The translations under genes were made by a program, and so were the position numbers. 64,000 nt of DNA, taken from Pseudomonadota bacterium. Lineage in GTDB: Bacteria; Pseudomonadota; Gammaproteobacteria; Steroidobacterales; MnTg04. Below are positions 1-11,400 of this stretch, in pieces. The notes beneath the pieces are model-generated. The model had not been told where the DNA came from, searched no databases, and saw only the letters and a list, made by a program, of their open reading frames with translations. Numbering within the stretch: position 1 is the first letter of the stretch; each line of letters begins with the position of its first letter. The stretch is from assembly GCA_022560735.1 (NCBI GenBank), contig JADFSO010000013.1, forward strand, positions 4,851-68,850, given 5' to 3'.

Positions 1-1385
1 GCGAAGGCCTGGCTGGTTTTTTGATACAGCTCGTGTTTGTGCAACTCGTCGATAAAAATAGCGTCGGCCAGCCGCAGCAGGTCGGCGTATTCCTTTTTGA
101 CTTCGCCGAGTATGCGCACACCCAGCCCTGGCCCGGGGAAAGGATGCCGATAAAGCATTTCGAATGGCAGGCCAAGCTCGAGACCGATTTTCCGGACTTC
201 GTCCTTGAACAGCTCGCGCAATGGCTCGACCAGCTGCAGGTTCATTTTCTCGGGCAAGCCGCCGACATTGTGATGCGATTTTATCAGCTGCGCTTTACCC
301 GTCCTGGCGCCCGCCGACTCGATGACATCGGGATATATCGTGCCCTGCGCCAGCCATTTGACGCCATCGAGCTTGCGCGCTTCCTCATCGAAGACCTCGA
401 TAAACAACCGGCCGATAATTTTTCTTTTTTGTTCCGGGTCGGTGACCCCTTGCAGACCATCGAGAAAGCGTTGCTCGGCATCGACCCGGGTGACCTTGAT
501 GCCCATATGTTTTGCAAAGGTGGCCATGACCTGGTCGCCTTCATGCAGACGCAACAGGCCATGATCGACGAACACGCAGTTGAGCTGGTCGCCAATGGCC
601 TGGTGCAGCATCGCCGCCACCACCGCCGAATCGACGCCGCCTGAAAGCCCGAGCAATACCGGGTCGGACCCCACCTGCCGGCGAATTTTCGCGATGCTGT
701 CGCTGATGATGTTGCCCGGCGTCCAGTCGGAGGCCAACCCGCAAATTTCGTGCAGGAAGCGGCCCAGGATGCGCTCGCCCTGCCTGGTATGGGTAACCTC
801 GGGATGAAATTGCACGCCGTAAAATCCGCGCGCCTCGTCCGCCATCCCGGCCAACGGCGCGTTGTCGGTCCGCGCAATCACGCTAAACCCGGCGGGCAGT
901 TCATCGACCCGGTCGCCGTGGCTCATCCAGACATCGAGCAGCGCCGTGCCATCGTCGGCCAGGCGATCCTCGATATCGCCGAGCAGGCGTGAATCGCCCA
1001 CGCTTTGCACGCTGGCATAACCGAATTCGCTGTGGCCGGTCTTCGTGACCTTGCCGCCGAGCTGCTCGGCCATGGTCTGCATGCCGTAACAAATGCCGAG
1101 CACCGGCACGCCATAATCGAACACCACGCCGGGTGCGCGAGGGGTCGGCGAATCATCGCCCTCGCCGATCGCCGATTCCGGGCCACCGGACAGGATCATG
1201 CCGTGCGGGCCAAATTTGCGGATCTCGTCGTCAGAGACATCCCACGGATATATCTCGCTGTAAACGCCGGCCTCGCGGACGCGGCGGGCGATCAGCTGCG
1301 TGTACTGACCGCCGAAATCCAGGATCAGTACGCGCTGGGCGTGGATATCCGGTTGCCGGGTGGAGTCGGGAGTCGCTGCGGCCAT
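1..1385 (-). CDS. guaA: GMP synthase (glutamine-hydrolysing); C-terminal end cut off by the left window edge
   Basis: Absent from the ORF track because it runs off the window. My reverse-strand translation from ATG (1385-1383) reads [49 protein letters not shown] (glutamine amidotransferase N-terminus). In the same frame near 5-300 it reads [60 protein letters not shown] (GMP synthase C-terminal domain). It lies 13 nt downstream of guaB. Confidence 0.93.
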   Translation of the reverse strand, partial: MAAATPDSTRQPDIHAQRVLILDFGGQYTQLIARRVREAGVYSEIYPWDVSDDEIRKFGPHGMILSGGPESAIGEGDDSPTPRAPGVVFDYGVPVLGICYGMQTMAEQLGGKVTKTGHSEFGYASVQSVGDSRLLGDIEDRLADDGTALLDVWMSHGDRVDELPAGFSVIARTDNAPLAGMADEARGFYGVQFHPEVTHTRQGERILGRFLHEICGLASDWTPGNIISDSIAKIRRQVGSDPVLLGLSGGVDSAVVAAMLHQAIGDQLNCVFVDHGLLRLHEGDQVMATFAKHMGIKVTRVDAEQRFLDGLQGVTDPEQKRKIIGRLFIEVFDEEARKLDGVKWLAQGTIYPDVIESAGARTGKAQLIKSHHNVGGLPEKMNLQLVEPLRELFKDEVRKIGLELGLPFEMLYRHPFPGPGLGVRILGEVKKEYADLLRLADAIFIDELHKHELYQKTSQAF

Positions 1386-1398
1386 CGCTGCTACCCGT

Positions 1399-2865
1399 TC
1401 AGTCGACCCGGTAATTCGGGGCTTCCTTGGTGATCGCGACATCGTGCACATGGCTTTCGCGGATGCCCGCATTGGTGATGCGCAAAAATTCCGGTTTGCT
1501 GCGCATTTCCTCGATATTGCAGCAACCCGTGTAACCCATCGCGGCCCGGAGACCACCGGACAACTGGTGGACGATGGCGACCAGGCTGCCCTTGTAGGGG
1601 ACCCGCCCCTCGATCCCTTCGGGCACCAGCTTTTCGACCTCGTCGGCCTCATCCTGGAAGTAACGATCGCTGGAACCGTCTTTTTGCGCCATCGCGCCGA
1701 GCGACCCCATGCCCCGGTAGGCCTTGTACGAGCGGCCCTGGTATAGCTCGACTTCGCCCGGCGCTTCCTCGGTGCCGGCAAACAGCCCGCCGAGCATGAC
1801 CGAGTGGGCGCCGGCGGCAATGACCTTGGCCACATCGCCCGCATAACGGATACCGCCATCGGCGATCAGCGGCACGCCTTTTTTCGCCATCGCTTCGGCG
1901 ACGTCGAACACGGCGCTGACCTGGGGGACGCCGACACCGGCGACGATGCGGGTCGTGCAAATCGAGCCGGGACCGATGCCAACCTTGACCGCGTCGGCGC
2001 CGGCGGCGACCAGCGCTTTTGCCCCTTCGGCCGTCACGATGTTGCCGCCGATCACCTGCAAATCGGGATATTCGGACTTGATCATCGCGACCCGGTCGAG
2101 CACCCCCTTGGTGTGGCCGTGCGAGGTATCGACGACCAGGACATCGACGCCGGCGACGACCAGCGCGGCAACCCGTTCATCGGTGCCCTCGCCGATGCCC
2201 ACGGCGGCGCCGACATGGAGCGCGCCGCGGTCATCCTTGCAGGCATTCGGAAACTCCGTCGCCTTCTGGAAATCCTTGGCGGTAATCATGCCGCGCAGCT
2301 TGAAGTCCGCGCTAACGACCAGGACCTTTTCGATCCGGTGCTTGTGCAGCAGCGACAGCACTTCTGCCTTGTCGGCGCCTTCCCGAACCGTGATCAGTTT
2401 GTCTCTCGGCGTCATCACCGTCGACACCGGCGCATCGAGCTGGGTCTCGTAACGCAAATCCCGGTGGGTCACGATGCCGACCGGCGTATCGCCATCGACG
2501 ACCGGCACGCCGGATATGTTGTTGGCCTGGGTCAGCGCGATGACTTCACGAATGGTCGCGTCGGGTCCGGTCGTAATCGGGTCGGAAATGATGCCGCTTT
2601 CGTATTTCTTGACCCGGCTGACTTCGCGGGCCTGGATCGTTGCGGTCATGTTCTTGTGGATGATGCCGATGCCGCCTTCCTGGGCCAGCGTGATGGCCAG
2701 GCGGGCTTCGGTCACCGTGTCCATCGCCGCCGAGAGCAACGGCAGATTCAGGCGAATGCTGGCGGTCAGCTGGGTGCCGAGATCGACCTCTCGCGGCATG
2801 ATCTCCGAGTAGGCGGGCAGCAGCAGGACGTCATCAAAGGTCAGTGCTTCCTGAACGATTCGCAT
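1399..2865 (-). CDS. guaB: IMP dehydrogenase
   Basis: 488-aa ORF with [21 protein letters not shown]-terminus, internal CBS pair region and catalytic loop [11 protein letters not shown]. Operon partner of guaA. Confidence 0.97.
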   Translation of the reverse strand: MRIVQEALTFDDVLLLPAYSEIMPREVDLGTQLTASIRLNLPLLSAAMDTVTEARLAITLAQEGGIGIIHKNMTATIQAREVSRVKKYESGIISDPITTGPDATIREVIALTQANNISGVPVVDGDTPVGIVTHRDLRYETQLDAPVSTVMTPRDKLITVREGADKAEVLSLLHKHRIEKVLVVSADFKLRGMITAKDFQKATEFPNACKDDRGALHVGAAVGIGEGTDERVAALVVAGVDVLVVDTSHGHTKGVLDRVAMIKSEYPDLQVIGGNIVTAEGAKALVAAGADAVKVGIGPGSICTTRIVAGVGVPQVSAVFDVAEAMAKKGVPLIADGGIRYAGDVAKVIAAGAHSVMLGGLFAGTEEAPGEVELYQGRSYKAYRGMGSLGAMAQKDGSSDRYFQDEADEVEKLVPEGIEGRVPYKGSLVAIVHQLSGGLRAAMGYTGCCNIEEMRSKPEFLRITNAGIRESHVHDVAITKEAPNYRVD

Positions 2866-2973
2866 GGCGTCCCCTCATCGAGTAAACCGGCCATTTTACT
2901 GTGCCGGGGCGACCAGGTAAACCTGCCCTCACCCTTGTTCCCACCGGCGGGCGTTCATGGTCAAATACCGGCC

Positions 2974-4182
2974 ATGGATTTGTCCCCGAATCGTGAAGTC
3001 TTCACCGTCAGCCGCCTGAACAAGGAAGCCAGGGGCATGCTGGAGCAGGGTTTCGGCCTGATCTGGCTGGCCGGCGAGATCTCCAATTTCACCCACCACG
3101 GCTCCGGCCACATGTATTTTTCGCTGAAGGACGACCAGGCCCAGGTTTCGTGCGCGATGTTCAGAGGCCAGAATCGCGGGCTAGGCTTCCGACCGGCCAT
3201 GGGCATGCAGGTCCTGGTCCGCGCCAGGGTCAGTATTTACGAGGCCAGGGGCAATTATCAGCTGATCGTCGAGCGCATGGAGGAAGCCGGCGAAGGCCGG
3301 TTGCAGCGCGAATTCGAACGGCTGAAGAAAAAGCTGCACGATGCCGGTCTGTTCGACGCCGATCGCAAGCAGCCGCTGCCGGCCGCGCCGAAAAAAATCG
3401 GTATCGTGACCTCGCCGACCGGCGCCGCGGTCAGGGATATCCTGCATGTGCTGAAGCGCCGGTTTCCGGTTGCCCAGGTGCTGATTTACCCGGTCGCGGT
3501 GCAGGGCGAGACCGCCGCCGGCCAGATCGTCCGCGCCCTGGCGCTGGCCGAGACCCACGGATCCTGCGATCTGCTGATCCTGGCCCGCGGCGGCGGCTCG
3601 CTCGAGGATCTTTGGGCGTTTAACGAAGAAACGGTAGCGCAGGCGATTTTCAAATGTCCGATACCGGTGATATCCGGGGTCGGCCACGAGATCGATTTCA
3701 CGATCGCCGATTTCGTCGCCGATGTGCGCGCACCGACCCCATCGGCCGCGGCCGAGATCGCGGTGCCCGACCAGCGGGAATGGCTGAACACGCTGGCGAG
3801 GTACCTGGACCGGCTGGGCCACCTGGCGCGGCGGTATTTGTCGGCTAAACGGGAGAAAACCGGCTGGCTGGAAAAGCGCCTGGCGCAGGCGCACCCGGGC
3901 CAGTTGCTCAATCAGCAGGGGCAAAAACTCGATGAACTGGGTTTGCGCCTGCGGCGCGCCGTCCAGGACAAGCTGGGCCGGTTGCACCAACGCCTGGACC
4001 CGCTGGCGCGGGCTTTGCAGGCGATCGGCCCGCAGGCGACGCTCGAGCGCGGTTATGCGATCGTCAGCCACGGCGAGGCAATCGTTCGCGATGCCGGCAC
4101 CTTGAACAAAGGCGATGAAATCCACATTCGCTTCGCCCGGGGGACGGCCACGTCGACCATCAAGGAAAGCCATAAGCAATGA
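2974..4182 (+). CDS. xseA: exodeoxyribonuclease VII large subunit
   Basis: Track ORF 1804..4182 trimmed to in-frame ATG 2974, because the upstream part is antisense to guaB. Reads MDLSPNREVFTVSRLNKEARGMLEQGFGLIWLAGEISNF then IGIVTSPTGAAVRDILHVLKRRFP. Divergent from guaB as in E. coli. Confidence 0.9.
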   Translation: MDLSPNREVFTVSRLNKEARGMLEQGFGLIWLAGEISNFTHHGSGHMYFSLKDDQAQVSCAMFRGQNRGLGFRPAMGMQVLVRARVSIYEARGNYQLIVERMEEAGEGRLQREFERLKKKLHDAGLFDADRKQPLPAAPKKIGIVTSPTGAAVRDILHVLKRRFPVAQVLIYPVAVQGETAAGQIVRALALAETHGSCDLLILARGGGSLEDLWAFNEETVAQAIFKCPIPVISGVGHEIDFTIADFVADVRAPTPSAAAEIAVPDQREWLNTLARYLDRLGHLARRYLSAKREKTGWLEKRLAQAHPGQLLNQQGQKLDELGLRLRRAVQDKLGRLHQRLDPLARALQAIGPQATLERGYAIVSHGEAIVRDAGTLNKGDEIHIRFARGTATSTIKESHKQ

Positions 4183-5018
4183 CTCGATTCGCTTTTAATG
4201 CCGCCCTGTTGCTGGCATGTCTGATTGCCAGCCCACCCGCGGACGCGCTGCCCCGCCACCAGGCGGTTCCCGGCGGGGTCGCCGTGATCGAACTGCCGGC
4301 GACCGGCGCTGCGCGCCCGCAAGTGAGCTTCAGGGATCGGCCGGTCATGGTCATTGCCGAAAACGAGCGCTGGTTCGCCGTGGTCGGCATCCCGTTGTCG
4401 ATGGCGCCGGGACCGGCCAGCCTGAGCATCGACAACCCGGATGGATCCGCCCTGCCGCTGACTTTCGTTATCGGCAACATCGACTACCCCGAACAGCGGC
4501 TGACGATCGGCAATAAACGCCAGGTCGATCCTACCGCGGAGGACCTCGAGCGGATCGCCGGCGATCGCCGGGAAATAAACCGGGCTTTTCGCTCGTGGGA
4601 TCGAGAGCCGGTCGATACGGCTTTTCATCTGCCCGCGATCGGCCCGCGCAGCAGCGCTTTTGGCCTCAGGCGTTTTTTTAACGAGCAACCGCGAAGCCCG
4701 CACAGCGGGGTCGATATCGCGGCGCCGGACAAATCGGCTGTGGTCGCGCCGGCGGCCGGCGTCGTGGTCGCCACCGGCGATTATTTTTTCAATGGCAATA
4801 CCGTGTTGATTCATCACGGCCAGGGCCTGGTCACGATGTATTGCCACCTGAGCGAGATCGATGTGCAAGACGGCGAGCGGCTCGACGCCGGCGATCCGAT
4901 CGGCAAAATCGGTCAGACCGGCCGGGTGACCGGTCCGCACCTGCACTGGAGCCTCAGTCTCAACCAGGTCAGGGTCAATCCCGAGTTGTTTCTCGTAGAA
5001 CCCATCCCTGCCCAATGA
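4179..5018 (+). CDS. secreted M23 family metallopeptidase
   Basis: 279 aa with signal peptide MTRFAFNAALLLACLIASPPADA. M23 motifs HxxxD (PHSGVDIAAP) and HxH (GPHLHWSL). Start overlaps the xseA stop (ATGA). Confidence 0.85.
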   Translation: MTRFAFNAALLLACLIASPPADALPRHQAVPGGVAVIELPATGAARPQVSFRDRPVMVIAENERWFAVVGIPLSMAPGPASLSIDNPDGSALPLTFVIGNIDYPEQRLTIGNKRQVDPTAEDLERIAGDRREINRAFRSWDREPVDTAFHLPAIGPRSSAFGLRRFFNEQPRSPHSGVDIAAPDKSAVVAPAAGVVVATGDYFFNGNTVLIHHGQGLVTMYCHLSEIDVQDGERLDAGDPIGKIGQTGRVTGPHLHWSLSLNQVRVNPELFLVEPIPAQ

Positions 5019-7159
5019 AAACCTTTAGCGGATTCGATGACTGTGTGGATTTTGTCATCGACACCGTGGGTCTTGAGATCGTCATCGGCATTCCGCTCGG
5101 GCTGGGCAAACCCAATCGTTTGATCAATGCGCTTTACCAGCGGGCCAAGGCAGACCCCGCCATGCACTTGACGATCTGCACGGCGCTGACCCTCGAAAAA
5201 CCCGTGGCGAAGTCGGAACTGGAGCGGCGCTTTCTCGAACCCTTCGTCGAGCGCGTGTTTGGCGATTATGTGGATCTGGATTACGCGCTGGACCGGCGGC
5301 AGGGCAATACGCCGGACAATATCGAGATCGTCGAATTTTTCTTCGCACCCGGGCAAATGCTGGGCAATGCCAGGGCACAACAAAACTTCGTCGCCAGCAA
5401 TTACACCCATGTCGCGCGCGACATGCTGGCCCGCGGGATCAATGTGCTGGGCCAGCTGGTCAGCAGCCGCGAGGTCGATGGCCGGTTGCGCTACAGCCTG
5501 AGCTGCAACCCGGATGTTTCGCTCGAACTGGCAAGGAAAATGCGTGCGCTAAGCGATCGCAAGGTCGCCCTGGTCGCCGAGCTTAACCAGAACCTGCCGT
5601 TCATGTATCGCGATGCGCTGGTCGACAGCGATTTTTTCGATGCGGTCGTCGCAACGCCCGAGCCCCACTTCAGGCTGTTTGGCACGCCGCGGCCGCCGCT
5701 CGCCGATGTCGATCACCTGATCGGTCTGTACGCCAGCGCGCTGGTGCGCGATGGCGGCACCTTGCAAATCGGCATCGGCTCGCTGGGCGATGCCATCGCA
5801 GCGGCATTGATACTCCGGCAAGAAAACAATACGGCTTATGTCTCCGTCCTGGATGCGGCCGATGCCAGCGCAAAACATGGCGACCTGATCGGCGCGATCG
5901 GTGGAACCGGTCGTTTTGCCAGCGGTCTGTTTGCCGCCACCGAGATGCTGGTCGATGGCATCTTGCAGTTGTACCGGCACGCCGTCGTCAAGCGTAAAGT
6001 GTATGACGATCTGCTGATCCAGACCCTGATCAACGAAGGCCGCATCGATGACGACAACCCGCATTCGGTCATCCGGGTGTTGCTCGAAGAAGCATTGATC
6101 CCGCAGCGGCTAAACGATCACGCCCTCGAATACCTGCAAGGCCTCGGCGTAATCGACGACGCGGTGACGCTGGCTGACGAGCAACTGGTTTGCGGCGATG
6201 GCCGGCGCCTGTCGGCCGACCTCGGCGACCCTGCAGCGCTGGACGCGGTAGCAAAACATTGCCTGGGCGCCGGGTTGCGCGGCGGCACCGTGATCCATGG
6301 CGGTTTCTTTCTCGGTCCGCAGGATTTCTATGCGGCTCTTGCGGCCATGCCGCGCGAGGAAAGCGAACTGATTTGCATGACCGGCGTGGAAAAAATCAAC
6401 CAGTTGTACGGCCGCGAAGAACTCGACACCTTGCAACGCAAACACGCGCGCTTTATCAACAGTTGCCTGATGGTCAGCCTCCTCGGCAGCGTCATTTCCG
6501 ATACCCTCGCCAGCGGTGAAGTGATTTCCGGCGTGGGCGGTCAGTACAATTTCGTCAGCATGGCGCACGCGATCCCCGGCGGGCGTTCGATCATCATGGT
6601 CAAGAGCACGCGGGAATCCGGCGGCCGGGTCAGTTCCAATATTTTGTGGAAGTACGGCCGGGCCACGATCCCGCGCCACTTGCGCGATATCGTGATCAGC
6701 GAATACGGGATTGCGGATTTGCGCAGCAAGACCGATAGCGAGGTGATCGGCGCACTGCTCAATATCGCCGATTCGCGGTTCCAGGAGTCTTTGCGGCAAG
6801 AGGCCGTCGCCGCGGGCAAACTGGCGCGTGACTACCGGATCCCCGCCCGCTTCAGCGACAACACGCCGCAGCGCCTGCATGAAATACTGGCCGCCGCCCG
6901 TGCCGATGGCCATTTCGGCCGCTTCCCGTTCGGCACCGAATTGAGCGACGAGGAATTGCGCCTGGCCGGCGTGCTCAAAAAAATCAAGGCCGCGTCGAAT
7001 TCTTTCGCGGGCAAGATGGGGTTGGTGCGCGACATCCTGTTCCCCGGCGCCGTCAGCGAGGAAATCTTATCGCTGTTAAAGAGAATGGATCTCGATACCG
7101 CCGGCGGCCTCAAGGAAAAAATCTACCGCCGGCTGCTGATCGCCGGATTGGGTCGTTAG
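5015..7159 (+). CDS. acetyl-CoA hydrolase/transferase family protein (CoA-transferase fold), about 714 aa
   Basis: Track ORF 4841..7159 trimmed to ATG 5015 (MKTFSGFDDCVDFVIDTVGLEIVIGIPLGLGKPNRLINALY), which overlaps the peptidase stop as ATGA. The family call is by resemblance of the N-terminal GxPLGLGKP region and the C-terminal GGQYNF segment to acetyl-CoA hydrolase/transferase proteins. Substrate unknown. Confidence 0.6.
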   Translation: MKTFSGFDDCVDFVIDTVGLEIVIGIPLGLGKPNRLINALYQRAKADPAMHLTICTALTLEKPVAKSELERRFLEPFVERVFGDYVDLDYALDRRQGNTPDNIEIVEFFFAPGQMLGNARAQQNFVASNYTHVARDMLARGINVLGQLVSSREVDGRLRYSLSCNPDVSLELARKMRALSDRKVALVAELNQNLPFMYRDALVDSDFFDAVVATPEPHFRLFGTPRPPLADVDHLIGLYASALVRDGGTLQIGIGSLGDAIAAALILRQENNTAYVSVLDAADASAKHGDLIGAIGGTGRFASGLFAATEMLVDGILQLYRHAVVKRKVYDDLLIQTLINEGRIDDDNPHSVIRVLLEEALIPQRLNDHALEYLQGLGVIDDAVTLADEQLVCGDGRRLSADLGDPAALDAVAKHCLGAGLRGGTVIHGGFFLGPQDFYAALAAMPREESELICMTGVEKINQLYGREELDTLQRKHARFINSCLMVSLLGSVISDTLASGEVISGVGGQYNFVSMAHAIPGGRSIIMVKSTRESGGRVSSNILWKYGRATIPRHLRDIVISEYGIADLRSKTDSEVIGALLNIADSRFQESLRQEAVAAGKLARDYRIPARFSDNTPQRLHEILAAARADGHFGRFPFGTELSDEELRLAGVLKKIKAASNSFAGKMGLVRDILFPGAVSEEILSLLKRMDLDTAGGLKEKIYRRLLIAGLGR

Positions 7160-7160
7160 C

Positions 7161-8252
7161 TCAGGCGAAAAACTTTGCCACGACAGGACGCAGCCGGTCC
7201 ATGTCCACCAGGAACGAATCATGCCCCTGCAAGGAACTCAGGCGGACAAACTCGGTTTCGATACCGGCCGACTCCAGGCCGATCGCCAGTTCGCCCTGCT
7301 GGTGCAGCGGGAACAGGATATCCGTTTCCACGCCGACGACCAGCGCTTGCCGTAGCTTGATCCGGCTGAGACCGGCATCGACCGAGCCGCCGTGATCGGC
7401 GACATCGAACAAGTCCATGGCCCGCGACAGGTACAGGTAACAGTTGGCATCGAACTGGCCGGTGAACTTGCTGGCATGCGCTTCGAGATAGGCCTCGATT
7501 TCGAAATCGATGGCGAAGGCATCGCCGGTTTTTCTTTCCTCGGGGACGCGCTCGCGGCCGAAGCGCTGGACCCATTCCTGTGGCGAGCGATAGCTGATCA
7601 TGCCCAGCTTGCGCGCCATGCGCATGCCCTTGATCGGTCCCTCGCCCGGTGGGTAACTGCCCTGACGCCAGTCCGGGTCGGTGCGAATCATTTCTCTTTG
7701 CAGCGAGCGTATCGCCGTCGCAAACGGCAGGGATCTGGCCGCGGATGAAATCGACAACATACGCTCGCTGGCATCCGGGTAAAACATACAATAGGCCAAA
7801 GCGCTCATGCCGCCCATCGATGGGCCGACGACCGCGTACAGCGTTTCGATCGCCAGCGCCTCGACGACGAGGTGGGCGCTGCGGGCGATGTCCTCGATGG
7901 CAAGCACCGGGAAATTTGCCTGGTAGGGCTTGCCGGTATCCGGGTTGACCGATGCCGGGCCGGTGGAACCGAAGCAACTGCCGAGCGAGTTCACGCAAAT
8001 AATCAAATAGCGATGCGCATCCAGCGGCTTGTCCGGTCCGAGCATCGGCTCCCACCAGCCCGGCGAGGGATCGTCTTCGCATGAGGCCGCGTGCGCCGAT
8101 GGCGACAAACCCGTGAACACCAGGATCGCGTTGCTGCGTTCCGCGTCGAGCTGGCCCCAGGTCTCGTAAGCGATTTGCATCTGCTGCAGGTGGCCGCCCA
8201 GGTGCATGGCAAAGGGCGCATCCAGTTGCAGAATTTTCCTGGCTGTAGTCAT
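7161..8252 (-). CDS. metX: homoserine O-acyltransferase, MetX family (alpha/beta hydrolase)
   Basis: Track ORF 7161..9410 trimmed to ATG 8252 (MTTARKILQLDAPFAMHLGGHLQQMQIAYETWG). Also has ICVNSLGSCFGSTGPAS and nucleophile elbow GPSMGGM. The upstream extension is antisense to the 8415 gene. Confidence 0.82.
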   Translation of the reverse strand: MTTARKILQLDAPFAMHLGGHLQQMQIAYETWGQLDAERSNAILVFTGLSPSAHAASCEDDPSPGWWEPMLGPDKPLDAHRYLIICVNSLGSCFGSTGPASVNPDTGKPYQANFPVLAIEDIARSAHLVVEALAIETLYAVVGPSMGGMSALAYCMFYPDASERMLSISSAARSLPFATAIRSLQREMIRTDPDWRQGSYPPGEGPIKGMRMARKLGMISYRSPQEWVQRFGRERVPEERKTGDAFAIDFEIEAYLEAHASKFTGQFDANCYLYLSRAMDLFDVADHGGSVDAGLSRIKLRQALVVGVETDILFPLHQQGELAIGLESAGIETEFVRLSSLQGHDSFLVDMDRLRPVVAKFFA

Positions 8253-8414
8253 GGCTTGTTTCCGGCGCTGTAGCAGGTCCGGCGGCCCCGCGACCCCGGA
8301 TTCTACCACCGCGCAAATTAAAAAGACCCGGCGGCGACCCGCGCAAGCCCCTGGCTGCGTTATTATCGGCCGACGCCTGAGTGAATCATCGACCCTTGTC
8401 AAGGAGTCTACGGC

Positions 8415-11400
8415 ATGCACAGTCCCCGCTTTGCGTTCTCCTCGTTCCTGACCCTGATCCTGCTTTCCACGACCGGCTTTGCCCAGCAACCCGCTACCCA
8501 TGTCCCACCCGATCTCGAACCCTGGCGGCAGTGGGTTTTGCAAGGCGAGGAATTCAGGAACTGTCCGTTCTACGCGAACCGCGGCGCGGGCGAGGAAAGC
8601 AATCACCTGTGTGCCTGGCCGGGCGTGTTGTCGCTTTCGCTGAACCAGGGCAACGGCAGCTTCGAGCAGACCTGGACGGTACACGAAGCCGGTTGGGTGG
8701 CGCTGCCCGGCGATCAGAAATACTGGCCCGAAGCGGTCAGCGTAGACGGCCGGCCCGCGGCGGTGGTCAGCCGCGGCTCGCATCCCTTCGTTTATCTGGA
8801 GGCCGGCAGCCACCGGCTCGGAGGCAGCTTCAACTGGGACGCCCGCCCGGGCAGCCTGCGGGTGCCGCTGGCCACCGGTTTGCTGAGCCTGCGGCTGGAT
8901 GGGCGCGAGATCGACGTGCCCGATCGCAGGAAGGACACGGTCTGGCTGGGTGAACGGCAAAGAACCGTCGAACAACAGGAGCAAATCGGCATCGAGGTTT
9001 ACCGGCTGATCAGCGACGGCGTGCCGACCATCGTCACGACACGGGTCATGCTCAACGTCTCCGGGCCCGGTCGCGAAGAGGTGCTCGGCAATGCGCTGCT
9101 GCCGGGACACACGCCGATGCAACTGCACAGCGCGTTGCCGGCGCGGCTGGAAAGCGACGGCCGGCTGCGCGTGCAGGTACGCCCCGGCAACTGGCAATTG
9201 ACGCTGATCTCGCGCGCCGGGACGGCCAGCAATGAAATCGCGCGAAGCGCGCCGAGCGAACACTGGCCGGCTCAGGAAATCTGGTCGTACCAGCCGGATA
9301 ATCGCTTGCGGGTCAGCGCGGCCGAAGCGGCCTCGCCGGTCGATCCGTCGCAGGTCGATGTACCCGGCGAGTGGCGAAACTTTGCCGCGTTCAGGCTGGC
9401 GGCGGATCAATCCCTGCGCATTATCGAAAGACAGCGCGGCTTATCCGACCAGGACGCCAACCGGCTGACCCTGGATCGCAAACTCTGGCTGGATTTCGAT
9501 GGCAAGGGTTACACGGCGCAGGATGTGATCCGAGGACAGATGCGCAAGGACTGGCGGCTGGACATGTTGCCGCCCTACCGCCTGGCCAGCGTCAGGAACA
9601 ATCAGACTGAGCAGAATTTACTGGTCACAGAAGGCAGCGAGCCCGGCTGGACCGGCGTGGAATTGCGTCAGCCCAATATCAGTATCGAGACCGTGAGCCG
9701 GATCGAAGACGCCGGCTCATCGCTGGCGGCCAGCGGCTGGAATGTGCAGTTCGACAATATCAGGACCACCCTGTCGTTGCCGCCGGGCTACCGGCTGCTG
9801 GCGGCGCCGGGCGCCGATCATTCGGGCGGCGCCTGGTTCCAGCGCTGGCGTCTGCTCGACGTGTTCCTGGTGCTGCTGATTGCCGTGGCCGCGGGCCGCA
9901 TGCTCACGCCTGCGTTCGGCGGACTGGTCCTGGTCATGATGACGCTGACCTACCAGGAGGTGTTCGCGCCGGTGTGGAGCTGGCTGAACCTGCTGATCGC
10001 GATCGCGCTGGCCCAGGTTGCGCCCGAAGGCCGCTTCCGGACGCTGACCCGGCGTTACCGCGCAATCAGTTTCCTGACGGTCCTGGTTATCGCGCTGCCC
10101 TTTGCCGCGAACCAGGTGCGCCTGGCGATGTTCCCGCAACTGGAGCACAGCCGGCTGATAGAATTTCAGGCCGCCGGTGTTGATTTCATGCGCACGCCCG
10201 TCCGGTCGCCGGCGAAGATGGAGCGTTTTCCCGGGGATGATAGATTCGAAGTTGAAAGCCGATCACTGGCTGCCGTCATTACACGCGAAGACATTGATAA
10301 ATCCGGTGTGCTCTCCGAAGCCGATGTCAAACGACGTCTGCAGATGCGGAGCGCAACTGCAGAAAGGCCTGCAATGGCAGAAGACGTGGCGGAACAAGGG
10401 CTGATCGAGGTCACCGGCTCAAGAATTACAGTGGCAGGTATCATGGATCGCTATTCAGCCAACACCTTGTTGCAGACCGGCCCGGGCAAACCGCAGTGGT
10501 CGTGGAACAATTACCAGTTACGCTGGAGCGGCCCGGTGCTGGCCAGCGAGAGTTTCCGGCTGGTGATCATGCCATCGTGGCTGACCGCGATCTGGCGCGT
10601 GGCCAGCGTACTGTTGCTGGCGCTGGTGCTGCTCGGACTCGCGCGCAGGAATTACCGGCTGCCCGGGGGCATCGACAAATGGATGCCGGGCAAGGGGTCG
10701 GTAGCGATATTGCTGGTTGCGTTGCTGGCCGCGCCGGGAACGATACCGACGGCTAATGCCGAGATCCCCGACCAGGCCCTGTTAGAGGAACTCAAGCAAA
10801 GACTGACGGAAAATCCGGAATGCGCGAAGCGTTGCGCGGAATATAGCAGCGCCAGCGTGACCGTCGGCAACAACCGCGTCGATATGATCCTCGATGTGCA
10901 GGCGAGCGTGAATGTCGCGGTGCCGTTGCCGGGCAGCGGCGATCGTTGGGAACCCACAACCGTGCGGGTCGATGGCCAGCCCAGGAGGAATATCCTGCGC
11001 ACGCCCGATGGCGTGATGTGGATAGAACTCGACGCCGGCGTACACGAGATTCGGCTCAGCGGCCCGCTCAACGCAAACGACTCGCAGGAATTGTTTTTTT
11101 CGAAACGTCCGCACCGGGTCGAACTACAGACTACCGGGTGGGATGCGTCGGGCGTGGTCGATGGCAAACTGCTGGCCGGCAGTATCGGACTAACCCGGAT
11201 CAGGAAAGACGGTGAGAAAAAAACCCTGAGCTCGGATCGCTTCCCGACCTTCGTCAAGGTCAGCCGGCGGATCTACTTCAACCTGGACTGGGTGGTGGTG
11301 ACGACGGTGCAACGCAGAGCACCGGCGAGCGGTTCCATTACGGTCGAGATCCCGCTGCTCGCTGGCGAGACGGTCGATAGCGAGAACGTCGAAGTCCGCG

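Noticed and set aside
1804-2973. N-terminal 390-codon extension of the xseA ORF. Analogous upstream extensions occur at metX (8253..9410), the CoA-transferase (4841..5014), tgt, rodZ, the SDR (58796..59065) and TPR paralogue 1 (32130..32342).
   Set aside because: The extensions overlap neighbouring genes or the tRNA and lack homology. Internal starts give canonical N-termini and sensible junctions or RBSs.
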